Positions 22,795-34,551 of a stretch of DNA of 64,000 bases are shown piece by piece; the first letter of the stretch is position 1, and the number at the start of each line of letters is the position of its first letter. The notes beneath the pieces were generated by a model, which ran no database searches, was not told the origin of the DNA, and saw only the letters and a program-made list of their open reading frames with translations. The position numbers and the translations under genes were made by a program. The stretch lies in NCBI RefSeq assembly GCF_000981445.1, contig NC_027216.1, positions 372,001 to 436,000 on the forward strand, given 5' to 3'. The DNA comes from Babesia bigemina (taxonomy: Eukaryota).

Positions 22795-23400
22795 CTATTG
22801 TTCCTCGATTATCTCCTCGATCTTCGGGGGAGCCTCGGTAGCTGGCTCGTCTCCCTGAACATCCTGGTCCGCCGGCTCCTCTGCCGTCTGGTCGTCACCC
22901 TCCTCAACATCATCTTCCACCTCTTCAATCTTGTTCTCACGCTCCTCGTCTTTCTCCGCAACGCTGTCAAATACCTCTACGAGTTGGGGGATGTCGCTGT
23001 CCTCATCCTTCCTTGAGGTGGAGGGCAAGCCAAATCCAGCCGCCGAAAGCTGCTGAATTATGTCCGGCAGCGAAAGCTCACGCTCCTCCGCCAAACCAGA
23101 AATGACATAGGTGTTCGCGTTGGGCGCAGCTTGCACCTTGGGGTTGCTGAAGACCAAAATGTGGCCATCGTCCTTGACGAGCTGCACCTCCTCGATGCCG
23201 GGGATGTTGGCGGCGCCGATGGAACGTAGCCCGAATTGGAGGCGCTTGTCGTCGCCTACAACCTTGCTGGTTTTCTTGACCTTCCTCCTGGCGGTACCCT
23301 TGCCTCCCGTCTGCGTGCCGGAGACGCCCATCCTTGCGCGCAGGCGCTCGCGCGCCGCCAGCATATCTGGCGTCACGTGTTCGACAACTTCAGTACTCAT
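22795..23400 (-). CDS. BTF3: Nascent polypeptide-associated complex beta / BTF3
   Basis: GGKGTARRKVKK...DDKRLQ...IPGIEEV...FSNPKVQAAPNANTYVISG. Confidence 0.92.
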   Translation of the reverse strand: MSTEVVEHVTPDMLAARERLRARMGVSGTQTGGKGTARRKVKKTSKVVGDDKRLQFGLRSIGAANIPGIEEVQLVKDDGHILVFSNPKVQAAPNANTYVISGLAEERELSLPDIIQQLSAAGFGLPSTSRKDEDSDIPQLVEVFDSVAEKDEERENKIEEVEDDVEEGDDQTAEEPADQDVQGDEPATEAPPKIEEIIEEQ

Positions 23401-24071
23401 CGTGGTTGGAAAAGCCTCGGTTCACGGCGTGTAGACGTGCTGAGGCGTAATTCAGCTGAAGATACCGGTTCGCCTGCGTGGAGGTCCGCGTCCTCGGATT
23501 CCGCAGTGCCTGGCCAGCGCTGTTGCAAGTCGAAATTCGACCACCCTCGTGTTTGGTCTTTTATGCCACGCGAAAACCTCGTGGCAAGACGGAACTCCAC
23601 GTCTACGAACAAAGGTGCGGCGCTGCTCCTGATAAATGGCACCACACGCTTGCCCGTCTGGCTTCTGCAAGGAGCCCACCCCCGCGTACGTGCTGGATGA
23701 TCTGTTGTTACCCGTAATACGCGGGAATTTTGTGAGCGCCGTTTCCGTCCTTCGCCAACCGTTGGTCACGGCGCGTGATGGGGCGATGTCGGCCTAAAGG
23801 CCCATCGGTTTTAGGGGCACCTAAAGGGAGGCCGGTTTACACATTTTATCTGTCATGGGCGAACTGCCCATCACATTATTGTACCCTCCGTTTTGGCGGT
23901 GTGGGAATCTATCCGTAACACGGCTTTGACCACGAGGATTCCTTATAAGTTTTCTTGGTGGTCACGAAGTTAGTCTTCCACCGTTTCTCAGGCCCGTTGC
24001 ATATGAGCTGGTTAGATACATGTGAAACATGTAGTGGTGTTTGGGTGGTAAGGCAGTAGGCTTTTTAAAAC

Positions 24072-24901
24072 ATGGCGCCCGTCTCCGGCGGTGATGTTGC
24101 TCTGCCTTCCTCTATAAAGCGGGCCAGTTCCATCAACGAAGCGGGACTCAGGGGCGACAGCCACACATACCGAACCAATTGGGATGAGCGTCCTTCGCAG
24201 GCGAGCTCAGTGGTCGATCCCCCGGCCTTAACAGGAGCCACTAGCGCGGTGTCCCTGGAATTCGCCAAAATCGCTGCTCGTGCCGATGCGTGGTTGACGG
24301 CATACACGACAGCCTGTAGCGTGTCTGAGCGTGTAAACGTATTCTTTACCGGTCTGGAGGTGCTTCGTTCCGCTGCAGATGCGCGCAACGCAGCACAGCG
24401 TAACGCACAGCAGGAGAGCGCTGCGCTGGTTCGTTAGCCTCAGTTTGTAGCACACCTCTGTTGCAGCTTCTGGAATCCATCGACTCTGCGCTTGCATCGT
24501 TGTCGGGAATCCTTGAGGTGGCTTCCTCGACGACACGCAGCTACTCGAGGCTTTCCGGGTACAAAGAGCAGCTGGAGCGTTACCGCAGATTTATTTGCGG
24601 TGCTGGGGAACGAGTTCGCGTTCGATCTCATAGTTCCGCAACAACGGATCAGATACGTGATATTTGCGAGGAGGTGGCGACCATATCAAAAAACCTCCAA
24701 CCTCTTTCTCACCCCGGCGACGCTGACGCTTCCGCCAACGTGTCGTCGCTGTGCGACGCGTACGGGGTTTACATGAAGCGCAAGAAACAACGTGCAACTC
24801 GCGAACGGTGGGCATTGTTTGTGGGATCCCGGGACAAGCATACTTCTCAACAACCAGGTTCCTCGTCGGGCGGTAGCAGCCCGCAGGGAGAAACCGCATA
24901 A
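24072..24901 (+). CDS. Hypothetical protein, 2 exons (intron 24429-24466)
   Basis: Two ORFs joined in frame by a 38-nt GT-AG intron. Helical composition, no recognised motif. Confidence 0.55.
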
Positions 24902-25204
24902 CGTGACTGTAATTTGTCTTAAGTAGCCACACGGACAACCCGTGGCGAGTTGGAAAGCGGCCGCCTTACCAATCCCCGCAAGACCGCAACCTTACAAAAT
25001 CGCACCCTCGTAAACCAGCGACATAATAGGCACAACGATACTGCCCTCCAGGCGGATGGTACCGCGACGGCACAACGGTACCCAATAATAAGGCAACGCA
25101 GCACGTCTGCAATTTGCGCAGACGCCCACGGCGCCAGGGGAACTGCGTCGCCTTCAGGGGCTGGCGTAACGAATACGTAGTAGCCATAGGTATTAGCAAG
25201 GTTC

Positions 25205-25924
25205 TCATGGCGCGACGATCGCCGGGTCAAGTGGCACGTTCACGTCAGCCAACTGTGGGAATATCTTGCTGAGAGGGCCGTGGGAAGAGATCCACTTGAC
25301 GTGGACACCCTTGTTCTCCAGCCTGCCCTCAGCCTGGTACTTCAGGTAGTCCTCCCTTGAGAACCTGGTGAAGCCCCAGTTGTGCGAGACGAAGATTTTC
25401 TGCCTGCCAGGGAACTTGTACTTGGCCCTGCGGAGCGCCTCAATGGCTTTGGGCACGAGCGCTTCCCTAGTCCTGACGGACATCAGAATCTGTCCGATAT
25501 TCACCCTGGCGACGACGCCATTGGGCTTGCCGAAAGCGCGCCTCATTCCGGTCTGCAGCCTATCAGCACCAGCGCACGAAAGCATTTTGTTGATACGAAG
25601 CACGTGGAACGGGTGAACGCGAACGCGGATGTGGAACGATTCTTTACCACCAGACTTGACCATGAACTGCGCAATGTTGTCAAACTCATAATGCCAATTT
25701 ACCTTGTTCGCGCAGATACGCGCGGCCTCAAGAGCCTCCGAAGAGATCTGCTCGTACTCGCCGGAGATGATGTGCACGGCGTACGGGAAGTCGTCGACGT
25801 CGGCGCCCTTCAGACCCATATCGTAGATCCTGATCTTAGCGTCGGGTACACCCCTGCAGAACCTCGATTTGGGGTAGGGCTTGTTTTTGCAGTAGCGGTA
25901 ACACCTGGCAGGTCTCCTTCCCAT
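25205..25924 (-). CDS. RPL10: 60S ribosomal protein L10 (uL16); 36-nt in-frame intron 25667-25702 and 5' UTR intron ~25957-26160
   Basis: [28 protein letters not shown]...[18 protein letters not shown]. The extra [12 protein letters not shown] in the ORF track is a GT..AG intron. Confidence 0.97.
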   Translation of the reverse strand: MGRRPARCYRYCKNKPYPKSRFCRGVPDAKIRIYDMGLKGADVDDFPYAVHIISGEYEQISSEALEAARICANKVNWHYEFDNIAQFMVKSGGKESFHIRVRVHPFHVLRINKMLSCAGADRLQTGMRRAFGKPNGVVARVNIGQILMSVRTREALVPKAIEALRRAKYKFPGRQKIFVSHNWGFTRFSREDYLKYQAEGRLENKGVHVKWISSHGPLSKIFPQLADVNVPLDPAIVAP

Positions 25925-26959
25925 CTTGTCCGATTGCTGGTGTTACAAATCCAAGTCTGCGCGCGAATAAGTTGGGGAATCCGAATCCACTAATTAGACA
26001 CAAAACGTATCCGACACAACCCGACACGGAACTGGTTTAGCCGGCTCGTCCCTATGAACGAGGCTCCAGCCCTAGGGACAGCTGAGAAGCCCGGTGGGGA
26101 GCGTGGTCCACCGCGCCACCAGCAGCCGATCACGAATTAAATTCAAGCAGAACGCATACCTACCTATAGCCTTTCTATTCGCAAATTGTCGAAAAGCAGT
26201 GACGCAGTCTCCGTTCGGGTCGCTTTGAGAGCACGATCCTCAGAATGGGGTAGAGGGTCCCGGCAACCGTGGTAACACCTCGAGGCGACCACCAGTTTCT
26301 GCGGCGCCGATTTTTAAGCCTCAGTTATCTGTTACTTCCGGAACGCCTCTTGTGTGTCGTGGAAGGTGGTCACGTGAGCGACGGAGGTGCGTGCTGCTGC
26401 CATGTAGCGGCGCCTGCCCTGTGCGATTAATTTATGCCATAAAGCCCACAAGCTGCGTACAGTGGTCGATAATATACTTCTCTATTTGCGTTTGTAATTG
26501 TGTGGTGTATGTGTCCGGTGAATGTGGCTGCTGTCTCCGGGTACCGGCGTCGCTAGGCGCACACCTTGATATTATGTATTCGTGGCTACTATCACGCGGG
26601 GCATAATAATATGGTTGCAAATTGCAGTTGTTGTTGTGTTTTTGACGGTCTCAAATCGTTTTTGGTTCGGGTATTTAAGAAGAGTGTAGCGTTGCGGCTT
26701 GGTTCCTTTCGCGTAGCTCGCTATGCTTGATACTGGTACCCTACAACGATGTCGCACTTCTGCCCGTGTCAGTGGAGCTGGGCTGGCTCGGTCAGGCTTG
26801 CGGTACACTGTGCCTGCCTAGTCGCGTGCATCCTGCAATGCGCTCACCGCTCTAGCTGCATTTAATTTGACCACTATTGGCTGTTCTCAGCACGAAAACG
26901 AATTGGTTACGACTTGGAATTGCTATCAGAGGCAGAAGCCGTATGTTATGCGATGTGGG

Positions 26960-27806
26960 CTACGACGCCGCTGCTGCCGTGTCATCTTGTTCGGGTGCCT
27001 CCGCACCGTCCATGCGACATTTGGTAAGCGGGGCGCGATCTGAAAGTAATGTTGCGATCTTCCTGTTCTTTATCTCGCGAGCCAAGCCCACGAGAATGTT
27101 GAAATTTTCGTAGTCCCGGTGGGAGTAGTCATCCTGCATGCCGTAAATTGGCGTTGTCCTGTGGGTACCTTAACGGGCGTCGCCTTCTTAGGAGGGGGCT
27201 TGTACAGCGACCTGGCGACTTCAACTGGCTTAGGAAGTGCGCAACCTGAAATATATGTCTGCATTGTGCTCCGCTCCCACCGGAAAGCTTGCAGATGCGC
27301 ACGCATTCGCCGTTCATCATATACCTCCGCTTGACGATGGTCGGCTTTCTGCACATATTAGCGCACGTATGAGTCATCCTCACTTCACAACTGGGTCAAC
27401 AAGTGCTACGTTGGTCACGTGTATCGGCATCTCCTGGGTCAGCAGACTGGGCTGTCCTTTTCTGAAATCCGGGTTCCAGAACGTCTGGCGCTGTCACACA
27501 TCAGTCATATCCACATTGTACGCCTACCATATTGCAGTTCTCGACAATTAGCTGGTTTTTGCGATGGAAGATTTTGAGGATCACTCCCTGCCTGTTTTGG
27601 TCCTGTCCGTGGAGCACCTGTACGAGGTCGCCGACCTGCATATTCAGGCAAGCAGCGATGTCGACGCGCCTCGGCTGCCTCCGCTCGCTGAGCGGCTTCG
27701 GTATGGAGTTATACTTGGAGAAGTGCAAGAAGTACGAGCGCTCTGGTACGCGCCTGTTCCGGGTCATTTGCAGCGCCTGGAACTGCGCCTTCACGTATTT
27801 AGCCAT
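26960..27806 (-). CDS. Organellar (mitochondrial) ribosomal protein L24 (KOW), multi-exon
   Basis: GDLVQVLHGQDQNRQGVILKI..KNQLIVENCN, EMPIHVTNVALVDP, KRRYMMNGECVRICKLSG. Confidence 0.8.
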
Positions 27807-27871
27807 TTTATTTATGTGATAGTGCCGTAGACGGCCCGTGTTACGGTTTGTGCGCCCATTTTGTGTGCGGC

Positions 27872-30149
27872 TCATTCTAGCAGCTCGTTGATGTCCTTCA
27901 TGCGGCAGGTGATGGCAGCATCCATGTGCTTACCCACCCTGAACGCCTTTGCGATGCGATACTTGATCCGCAGCTCGTCCATGTACTTCTCGCTGGTTAC
28001 CCTGACCTTAAAGATAAACTCAGACAGCCTTGCCTCCTCGAAGACGTTCATGAAGTTCTTCCCGTCGGCGTTGACCTCGCCACCCTCGAACAGCGCCAGC
28101 AACTCCTCCGCCGGCACCCAGTTCATGATTTCGGCGCCGACGGTGTTGGCAGCTGACGCCCACAGGTGGCCGGTGTCATCTGCGATCTTCAGTGAGAGGA
28201 TGTACGTGTGCTTCGGCTTAGACCTCGCGCTGCACCGGGTACACATCCACTGGCCCTGGTCGTTGACCATTTTCCGGTGGCACTCCAAGCAGGCGGGCCA
28301 GGAGAAAGTGGACTCCTTGATGACCTCTACGATACCGCGGGTGGTGAACGTGATTCCGTTGTCGCCCAGCGACTTGAACTGCAGTGCCTGATTCGCCGCC
28401 TTGGTGATTTGACGAATGGAAACTATATCCTCTATGTGAACCTCTTGGCCCTGTCGGCCGGCATCGAAGCGCAGCTGGCAGCCGGTCTGCGTGCTTATTG
28501 TGCTTCCTGCTGGGCGCCACCTACCGTGGTCCACCACTGCCTGATTTCAGCGGCTTCTGCGATAACTGGGTCTACAGTGATCTTGGTTGAGGCCTGGGTG
28601 TCCAGCCTCCTGCCTTGCCACTCACCAACCTTGACACCTGCGCGCCAGTTTGCGACGCTTGCACGGACGTCGTACCTTTGAACGCTACCAGTGGATGGCC
28701 GTCCAACTCATTGTTTTGGAAGTGCTGCACCTTCTTCGACCATAACGTGAGCCATATACTCGCCCCGCTGTTGTCGCAGAGCATCACGTCGCGCTTCTCT
28801 ATGTTTGAGCCGGAGCCCTGAGACACCGTGCATCCCTCGTGTTGGCAAACAAATGGCTTACCTTGTGCTGAACTAGTTTGATCTCCCTTGCTCGTACAAT
28901 TATCCCGATGACGTCAATGATGGCTCCAATCTCAACGCTGTCGATTTGGTTGATCGGCGTGAAGGTGCAGCGCAGGACCGGAATCGAGATGTCGTTTTGG
29001 TCGAGCTGAATCTGTGCGTTCTCGTCCATAGAAATTTCGCAGGAATGAGACAAGTTATTGAACTTCTTGTTCGCAGGTTTAAGCTGGCCACCGCTAAAGG
29101 AGTAGACCTGAGAATGCTGCACATTTTGCAAGGGAACCCACTTGCCCCTCCTCCAGGAAGTAGTACCATTTGGTCACAGCCTCCCCAAAAAACGTTGCAC
29201 GAATCTCGCCCTAGAACATTGTCGTTACATGACTTTCGCGGTCTTACATCAGCGTCACAGAGGTCGACGGAAAAAAGCTGTCCTTCTCCCCACTGGTTGT
29301 TGAACTTCCTGATTTGGGACTTGTGCGAGACCCTAGCTCGTATAATCCATTTGGGTGTGTATATAGTGAGATCGGATATGCTGATTTGCGCGGAAGATCC
29401 CGCATCGGCTGTCTTCACTACCGGCTTGGAGCTGGTGATTGGGTACGGAGAGCCTTGGGCCTTCCGCTGCGCCAAAGATTCATCGTGTTTCCTGATGGGC
29501 CCAGAAGCTGTTCCTACTCCTCCTTGAGGTTGCCTGCAATCACTATAGCCGCAATAATTTGCCACCTACATTGCCGATGTAGGAGTTTGTCCTGCCTGCT
29601 GTATGGAGAGCCCCTGAATCGCGAATTAGAGCAACTTTACCCCCAACCTACCGGATGGTACACCAATGCTGGTCCTAGCTGACATGTTAGGTGCCTGTAA
29701 TCGCCCGGAACGATTGTTATCTTGGTGAGGATGATGAGGTAGCGCGATCTGCATCTAGTGACGGTCATTCTAAACACCACCCTTACTTCGTGGGCGTTAT
29801 CTTGTACTGGTTGAAGCTGATGACCTTGCCTACCAGCTGCTTATCGCCGTCGGCGGTCGGAGGAACCAGCGCGAGGCAGGTGTGTTTGTATTTCACCGGT
29901 ACGGATCCATCCAGCACTTCCACCCTGGCAGGTAATTAGTGGCAGGTCATTCGCGCGTAAATAAGAAGCTGATGCGTGCTACGCAACTCACAGGTACTTA
30001 TTCTCGGCGACGCAGGACTGCTGCAGACACAGTATCTTGACGGCCGAGCAGCAGTCGTGGACTTCCTGGAAGAAGCCGTCCCCGGCTTTGGCAACGGAGT
30101 CGGCCAGGGATGAAAAAAAGTCCGCAGTCAAACACCGCGGAAGCGACAT
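27872..30149 (-). CDS. RPA1: Replication protein A 70-kDa subunit, multi-exon
   Basis: KWIIRARVSHKSQIRKFNNQWGEGQLFSVDLCD, LKPANKKFN, IDVIGI, and C4 zinc ribbon WPACLECHRKM...WMCTRC, YILSLKIADDTG. Confidence 0.9.
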
Positions 30150-30219
30150 TGTATGTACTGCCGGCACTACCCGGGCCCGGGGGTCCCTATGTGTAAGTCA
30201 TTCAGTCGAAATAACGTCG

Positions 30220-31799
30220 TTAGTGGGTTTTTGCGCCGACAACGCGCTTCCACCAGCGGGTTTTGTCTTCTTCGTGTGCGTTTTCGTTGGTGTTGCGGGA
30301 CGAGCGCGGGTCACTGGAAGTTTCCTTCTCGAACTCCTCGACCAGCTCCTTCTGCCGAGCGGTGAGTGTGTCCGGGAGCCTGAGCTCGAGGTGCACGACC
30401 AAGTTACCGTTGTTACGGCTATCTACCTTGGGCGGGCCCTTGTTCTTGAGCGTCTTGATGAAGAAGGGCTGGCAGTTGGGGGCGATGGTGAGGTCGGTGT
30501 ATCCGTCGAGCGTGGGCACCACCACGTTCCCCCCGAGCAGGCACTGCTTGAGCGATATGGGCAAGTGGACGTGAATGTCGTCATCGATCCACTTGAAAAT
30601 ATGGTGCGGTTGGATGTTGATGTTCACGAACAGGTGACCGCTCTTCCCGCCGCGCATCCCAACGTGCCCTTGGTTGGGTATACGCATTTGCATTCCCTGC
30701 CTGACTCCAGCGGGTATGGTGACGTTCACGGACTTCGTCTGCGCCCTGTCGCCCGTTCCCCCGCAGGCGCGGCAAGGATGTGCGATGACCTGGCCCGTGC
30801 CGCTACACGTCCTGCACGGAACACCGATGATGATGGGGCCGCGTTCCATGCGTTGTACTCCTGTTACAAATAAGTCAAATCCGTGACGACGGCGCTTACC
30901 CGTCCCGTTGCATATTTTGCACACCTCTATGCTTGTTCCCGGTTGCCGACCTAGCCCCTTGCAATCGCCACAAGCCACCCTGGCAGGGATGTTGATGTTC
31001 TGCGGCGTTTACAGGTGTGCGCGCGTAGGGACCCGCTTACCTTAGAACACCCCTTGACTGCTTCCATGAACGTAATGCTTATCTCGGTCTGCAACACATG
31101 CGGCCGCACCACGACCATCCTACCTGGATGTCGTCGCCACGGGTGCTCCCCGTGAATGCGTTACCGGCGCCATGAGCTCCTGCCATGCGCGAGAACATCT
31201 CCGCGAAGTCAGTGAACATGAAAGATGAGTCGCCGAAGCCGCTGAATCCCGCTGCGTCGCATATAACTGAGTGTCTATTTCAGCTACCAGATGGGTCGTA
31301 TCCACCGTCGCTCGAGTTCATGCCAGTCTGGTCGTAAATCTTGCGTTTCTGGGGATCAGAGAGTAGTTCGTATGCGCTGAGGTGGATCATGAGGACTGTG
31401 CTTTGCGACCAACCTCGATATCTCCGCCATCTTCTGCTTCGCATCCGGCGAAGGGTTGAGGTCCGGGTGGTATTTCTTCGCCAGCTCCCGAAACTTCCGT
31501 TTGATCTCGTCTGTGGAAGCGTTTCGGCTTACTCCGAGCACGGAGTAGGGGTCCTTGTTACGCCTAAATGCAGAAGTATGTAGGCCTCTGGTGTGGCGGC
31601 TTGACGGCGCCGAGGCCCGCGCTGCGCAACTTGTTCTGTGCTCGCCGAAACTGCCGCCCGTTACAAGCGCATCTCTGACGTATGCCGCCGATCGTGTCGC
31701 TATATGAGCCAAGCAGGTGTAGAATCCACGGGCGCTACCACGCTTCTGCGGCGTTAGCACACGAAAGATTGCCATTCGAGCTGGAAGGTAGACTGCCAT
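30220..31799 (-). CDS. Type I DnaJ/Hsp40 chaperone, probably mitochondrial, multi-exon
   Basis: Basic presequence, J domain DPYSVLGV...AKKYHPDLN, four CxxCxGxG repeats, C-terminal substrate-binding domain. Confidence 0.9.
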
Positions 31800-32129
31800 A
31801 TTGTCGTTGGCAATTTTCTACATTGTTAGGTAAGACTCCAGCTAAAATGCTGTGCGACCTGGATGATTCCGATGCGCCGCGCTAGGGGCACTATAGCATG
31901 AACTACACACATCACATCTCCACGTGAAAGCCGCTGCCATTTGAAATGAGTAGGCAGTTTATTTTGTTGTGTTTTGTGTGTGCTTTCTTAGGGCGGTGAA
32001 TGTACTGGAGAGACTGTTTGTGCCTGTCTTGGTGCGTCTTCCGGTCAACGAATTGAATAAACGACGAACTGAATAAAAAGTTACTTTTGCAAAATCATCT
32101 CTGCGGCGGCGTGTGCATCGTTACCTATG

Positions 32130-32438
32130 CTACGCATCTCTTTTGGGGTATCTCATGTTTACCGGGTACGGTTCGAAGGTAATGGTGACTTCTTCCATTT
32201 GACGATACGTTAAGTAAAACAATGCTCCTATCACCACAGCCAGCAGAATCAATAGAACCGCCGCGATTCCTATCGCCCATTTTACAGTCTTCGACCCACG
32301 GGGTAATCCGGCTTTCTTCGCAACAACTGATGAAGCTGCCGATTTCGGCGTACGCTTACGCTTTGGCGCAACTTTTGGTCTGGGCCTCCTATTGCGTGTA
32401 TTTCTATAAGGGTTGGATTTTGTTTTTCGTGGCTTCAT
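32130..32438 (-). CDS. Small basic single-pass membrane protein (~102 aa)
   Basis: From ATG 32438: K/R-rich N-terminus, then TM helix WAIGIAAVLLILLAVVIGALFYLTY. Confidence 0.5.
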   Translation of the reverse strand: MKPRKTKSNPYRNTRNRRPRPKVAPKRKRTPKSAASSVVAKKAGLPRGSKTVKWAIGIAAVLLILLAVVIGALFYLTYRQMEEVTITFEPYPVNMRYPKRDA

Positions 32439-33001
32439 TCTACAGGGCTCTCTATTTCCTGGGTGCGCCAACGCTATACTGATGAATGCTCGGCAACATA
32501 ATATTCGAGTGTATAATACATGAAGCCTATAAAGCAGGTGCTCACCTAGTCCATGGTTGTTATTGCAGTCCTTGTTGCCTTTTGCTGCCAATATAGATTT
32601 TATGGCCGGTGATGAGGGCGGATGAGGCGCATTGGCACTCGTTGCTTTCACACCAGCCTATATTGATCTCAGTCACGTTACAAATTGTTGAACCCAAACT
32701 TCAAATGGCATTGACGTAAGTGCAGATTTCACGGCCGATGAGAAGGCGTTCAGTGTATTGTCTTATTTATGCATATCGGAGACGCCAAGGTGGTCTGTCT
32801 TGTCTCCAGGCTCACGCCTCGTAATTTGACGCGTTTATACATTCGTACGTCGATATGAAACGTGGATAGTCGAATTTTTAACGCCTCATGCGGCAGCGGC
32901 CATTAATTTTTTTCAAAACTTGATAACCATGGCAAACCGTCGCATCATGGCCGAACCCACCATAACATGATGCTGATACATCATTAAATTAAGTTATCTC
33001 A

Positions 33002-33130
33002 TCTTATAGTGTGCTATGTGGCTACGTGCCTTGGGCCGGTTTTCGTGTTTGCGGGGCTAACGCCTCACGCTGAAACCGGTTGCGGGATCCATGTCCTTCC
33101 GATGACGAAGATCAGTTGTCCCATCCGTGA
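33002..33130 (+). repeat. Island-boundary element, copy A
   Basis: GCTATGTGGCTACGTGCCTTGGGCCGGTTTTCGTGTTTGCGGGGCTAACGCCTCACGCTGAAACCGGTTGCGGGATCC aligns with 39135-39295(-) and 61169-61300(+). Confidence 0.85.
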
Positions 33131-33321
33131 TGCCATCCACCCTGTGGGCGCGAAGGCCGTTGATGATCTTGCAATGGTTCCTGCAAACTATTTCGCACAT
33201 CAGATAGGATAAATATTTGCACCATGCCGAATAGTCGATCTCTCTTAACTTAAATCACATCACCTAATCTTCATACCGCACCAACTCCTACGCAATACAC
33301 TTGGCATGTCGTTCAGTCGCG

Positions 33322-33627
33322 GTTAAGACCACTGACCCGTACATGCAAGGCTGCGGAGTTACCTACGAGTTGGATGAGTTGTTCAAGCCTGAGACACCCA
33401 ACTGCTTCTACCAAGTCTCGGTGAACGGTGAAGTGAAGGACCTAGGCGAATTGAGCGAATCGATGTTTACGACGCGTTCCAACCACTTCATCATTCTAAA
33501 GTTCGACAGTGATAATATAGGACCTGGGGAGGAGCTGCGCCAGACGCCGCCATTGGAGTGCCGCTGCACCACCGTTAAGCGCATAGTCCTATCAACCATC
33601 CAGATCGAGAACTACTACTCCAAGTAA
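33322..33627 (+). pseudogene. 3' fragment of a 6-Cys gene with a 108-nt internal deletion
   Basis: TTDPYMQGCGVTYELDELFKPETP|NCFYQVSVNGEVK...LECRC...STIQIENYYSK* matches the C-terminus of 5514-8372 minus 36 aa. No ATG or signal peptide. Confidence 0.85.
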
Positions 33628-34551
33628 TGAGTAGATGAAACTCGGTAACCCATTTGGCAATCACAGACTTTAATTGTCATACGTCACGTTGGTCGATCTG
33701 CTGGGTTGTGCCTTCAGTGAGAGCATTGCTTTGTGAAGAGTGTGGTAATTGTAATTACCAGTCTAACGACATATTCTTGTGTTGTCGTGGATTTTTGTAA
33801 CTAGTGTGAACGGCCGTGGACCCGGTGAAGATTGTGCTGTGGAATTACATGTCACCACACCTTAGTTGTGCATTGTTTACCGCAGGCATCAGGAAGATGC
33901 AACTTAGAGGTTTGCATATCAGTTCGCATTTTGAAACCTCTACAATGCCCTTAACACACGACAAAGAGCAATACGTGGTACCTGGAATGGGACTTCACTG
34001 AGCCCCCAATTTGGGTGAGCAACTGCTGCGGCGGTGCCTGAGCACGTTGGGCAACCGGTGGGAGTGGGTGGCTATACCGTGTGGATTTCACTCTATATGG
34101 GCGAATCTCGGTGAACTGTTGCCTATGTATGAGTTATTTTCAGTGTGGTGACATTTATCGTCAGCATCGTTATAAGCCTCGAAGTCGTAACCCCAGACTG
34201 CACCCTAGCAGACGCTTTGAGGGGCGCCCCGCAAACATGGCTACCCACTTATTAGTTACCCCGAGAAGGTTGCAACGAGCGTGCACACAATACAATCTTA
34301 CGTGAAGCATTGGCATTTTTCTCGCTTCAAATACAGGTGAGTCTATTTTAATACTTATCATGCTGGCGCAGTAACTAGACGATACATCTGTCAGCGGTGA
34401 ATACGACGTGTTTTGAGGGCGGCGAGCTTCAGGAACACGTTTCGAGAGCACACGTCGACGACAGTCTGTCTTTCGTTTGAACAAAACCATTTAGCTATAC
34501 ATCCGTGGCCAATTATTTCGCATTACTACGTTTGAATCTACTGCGTGCGAG

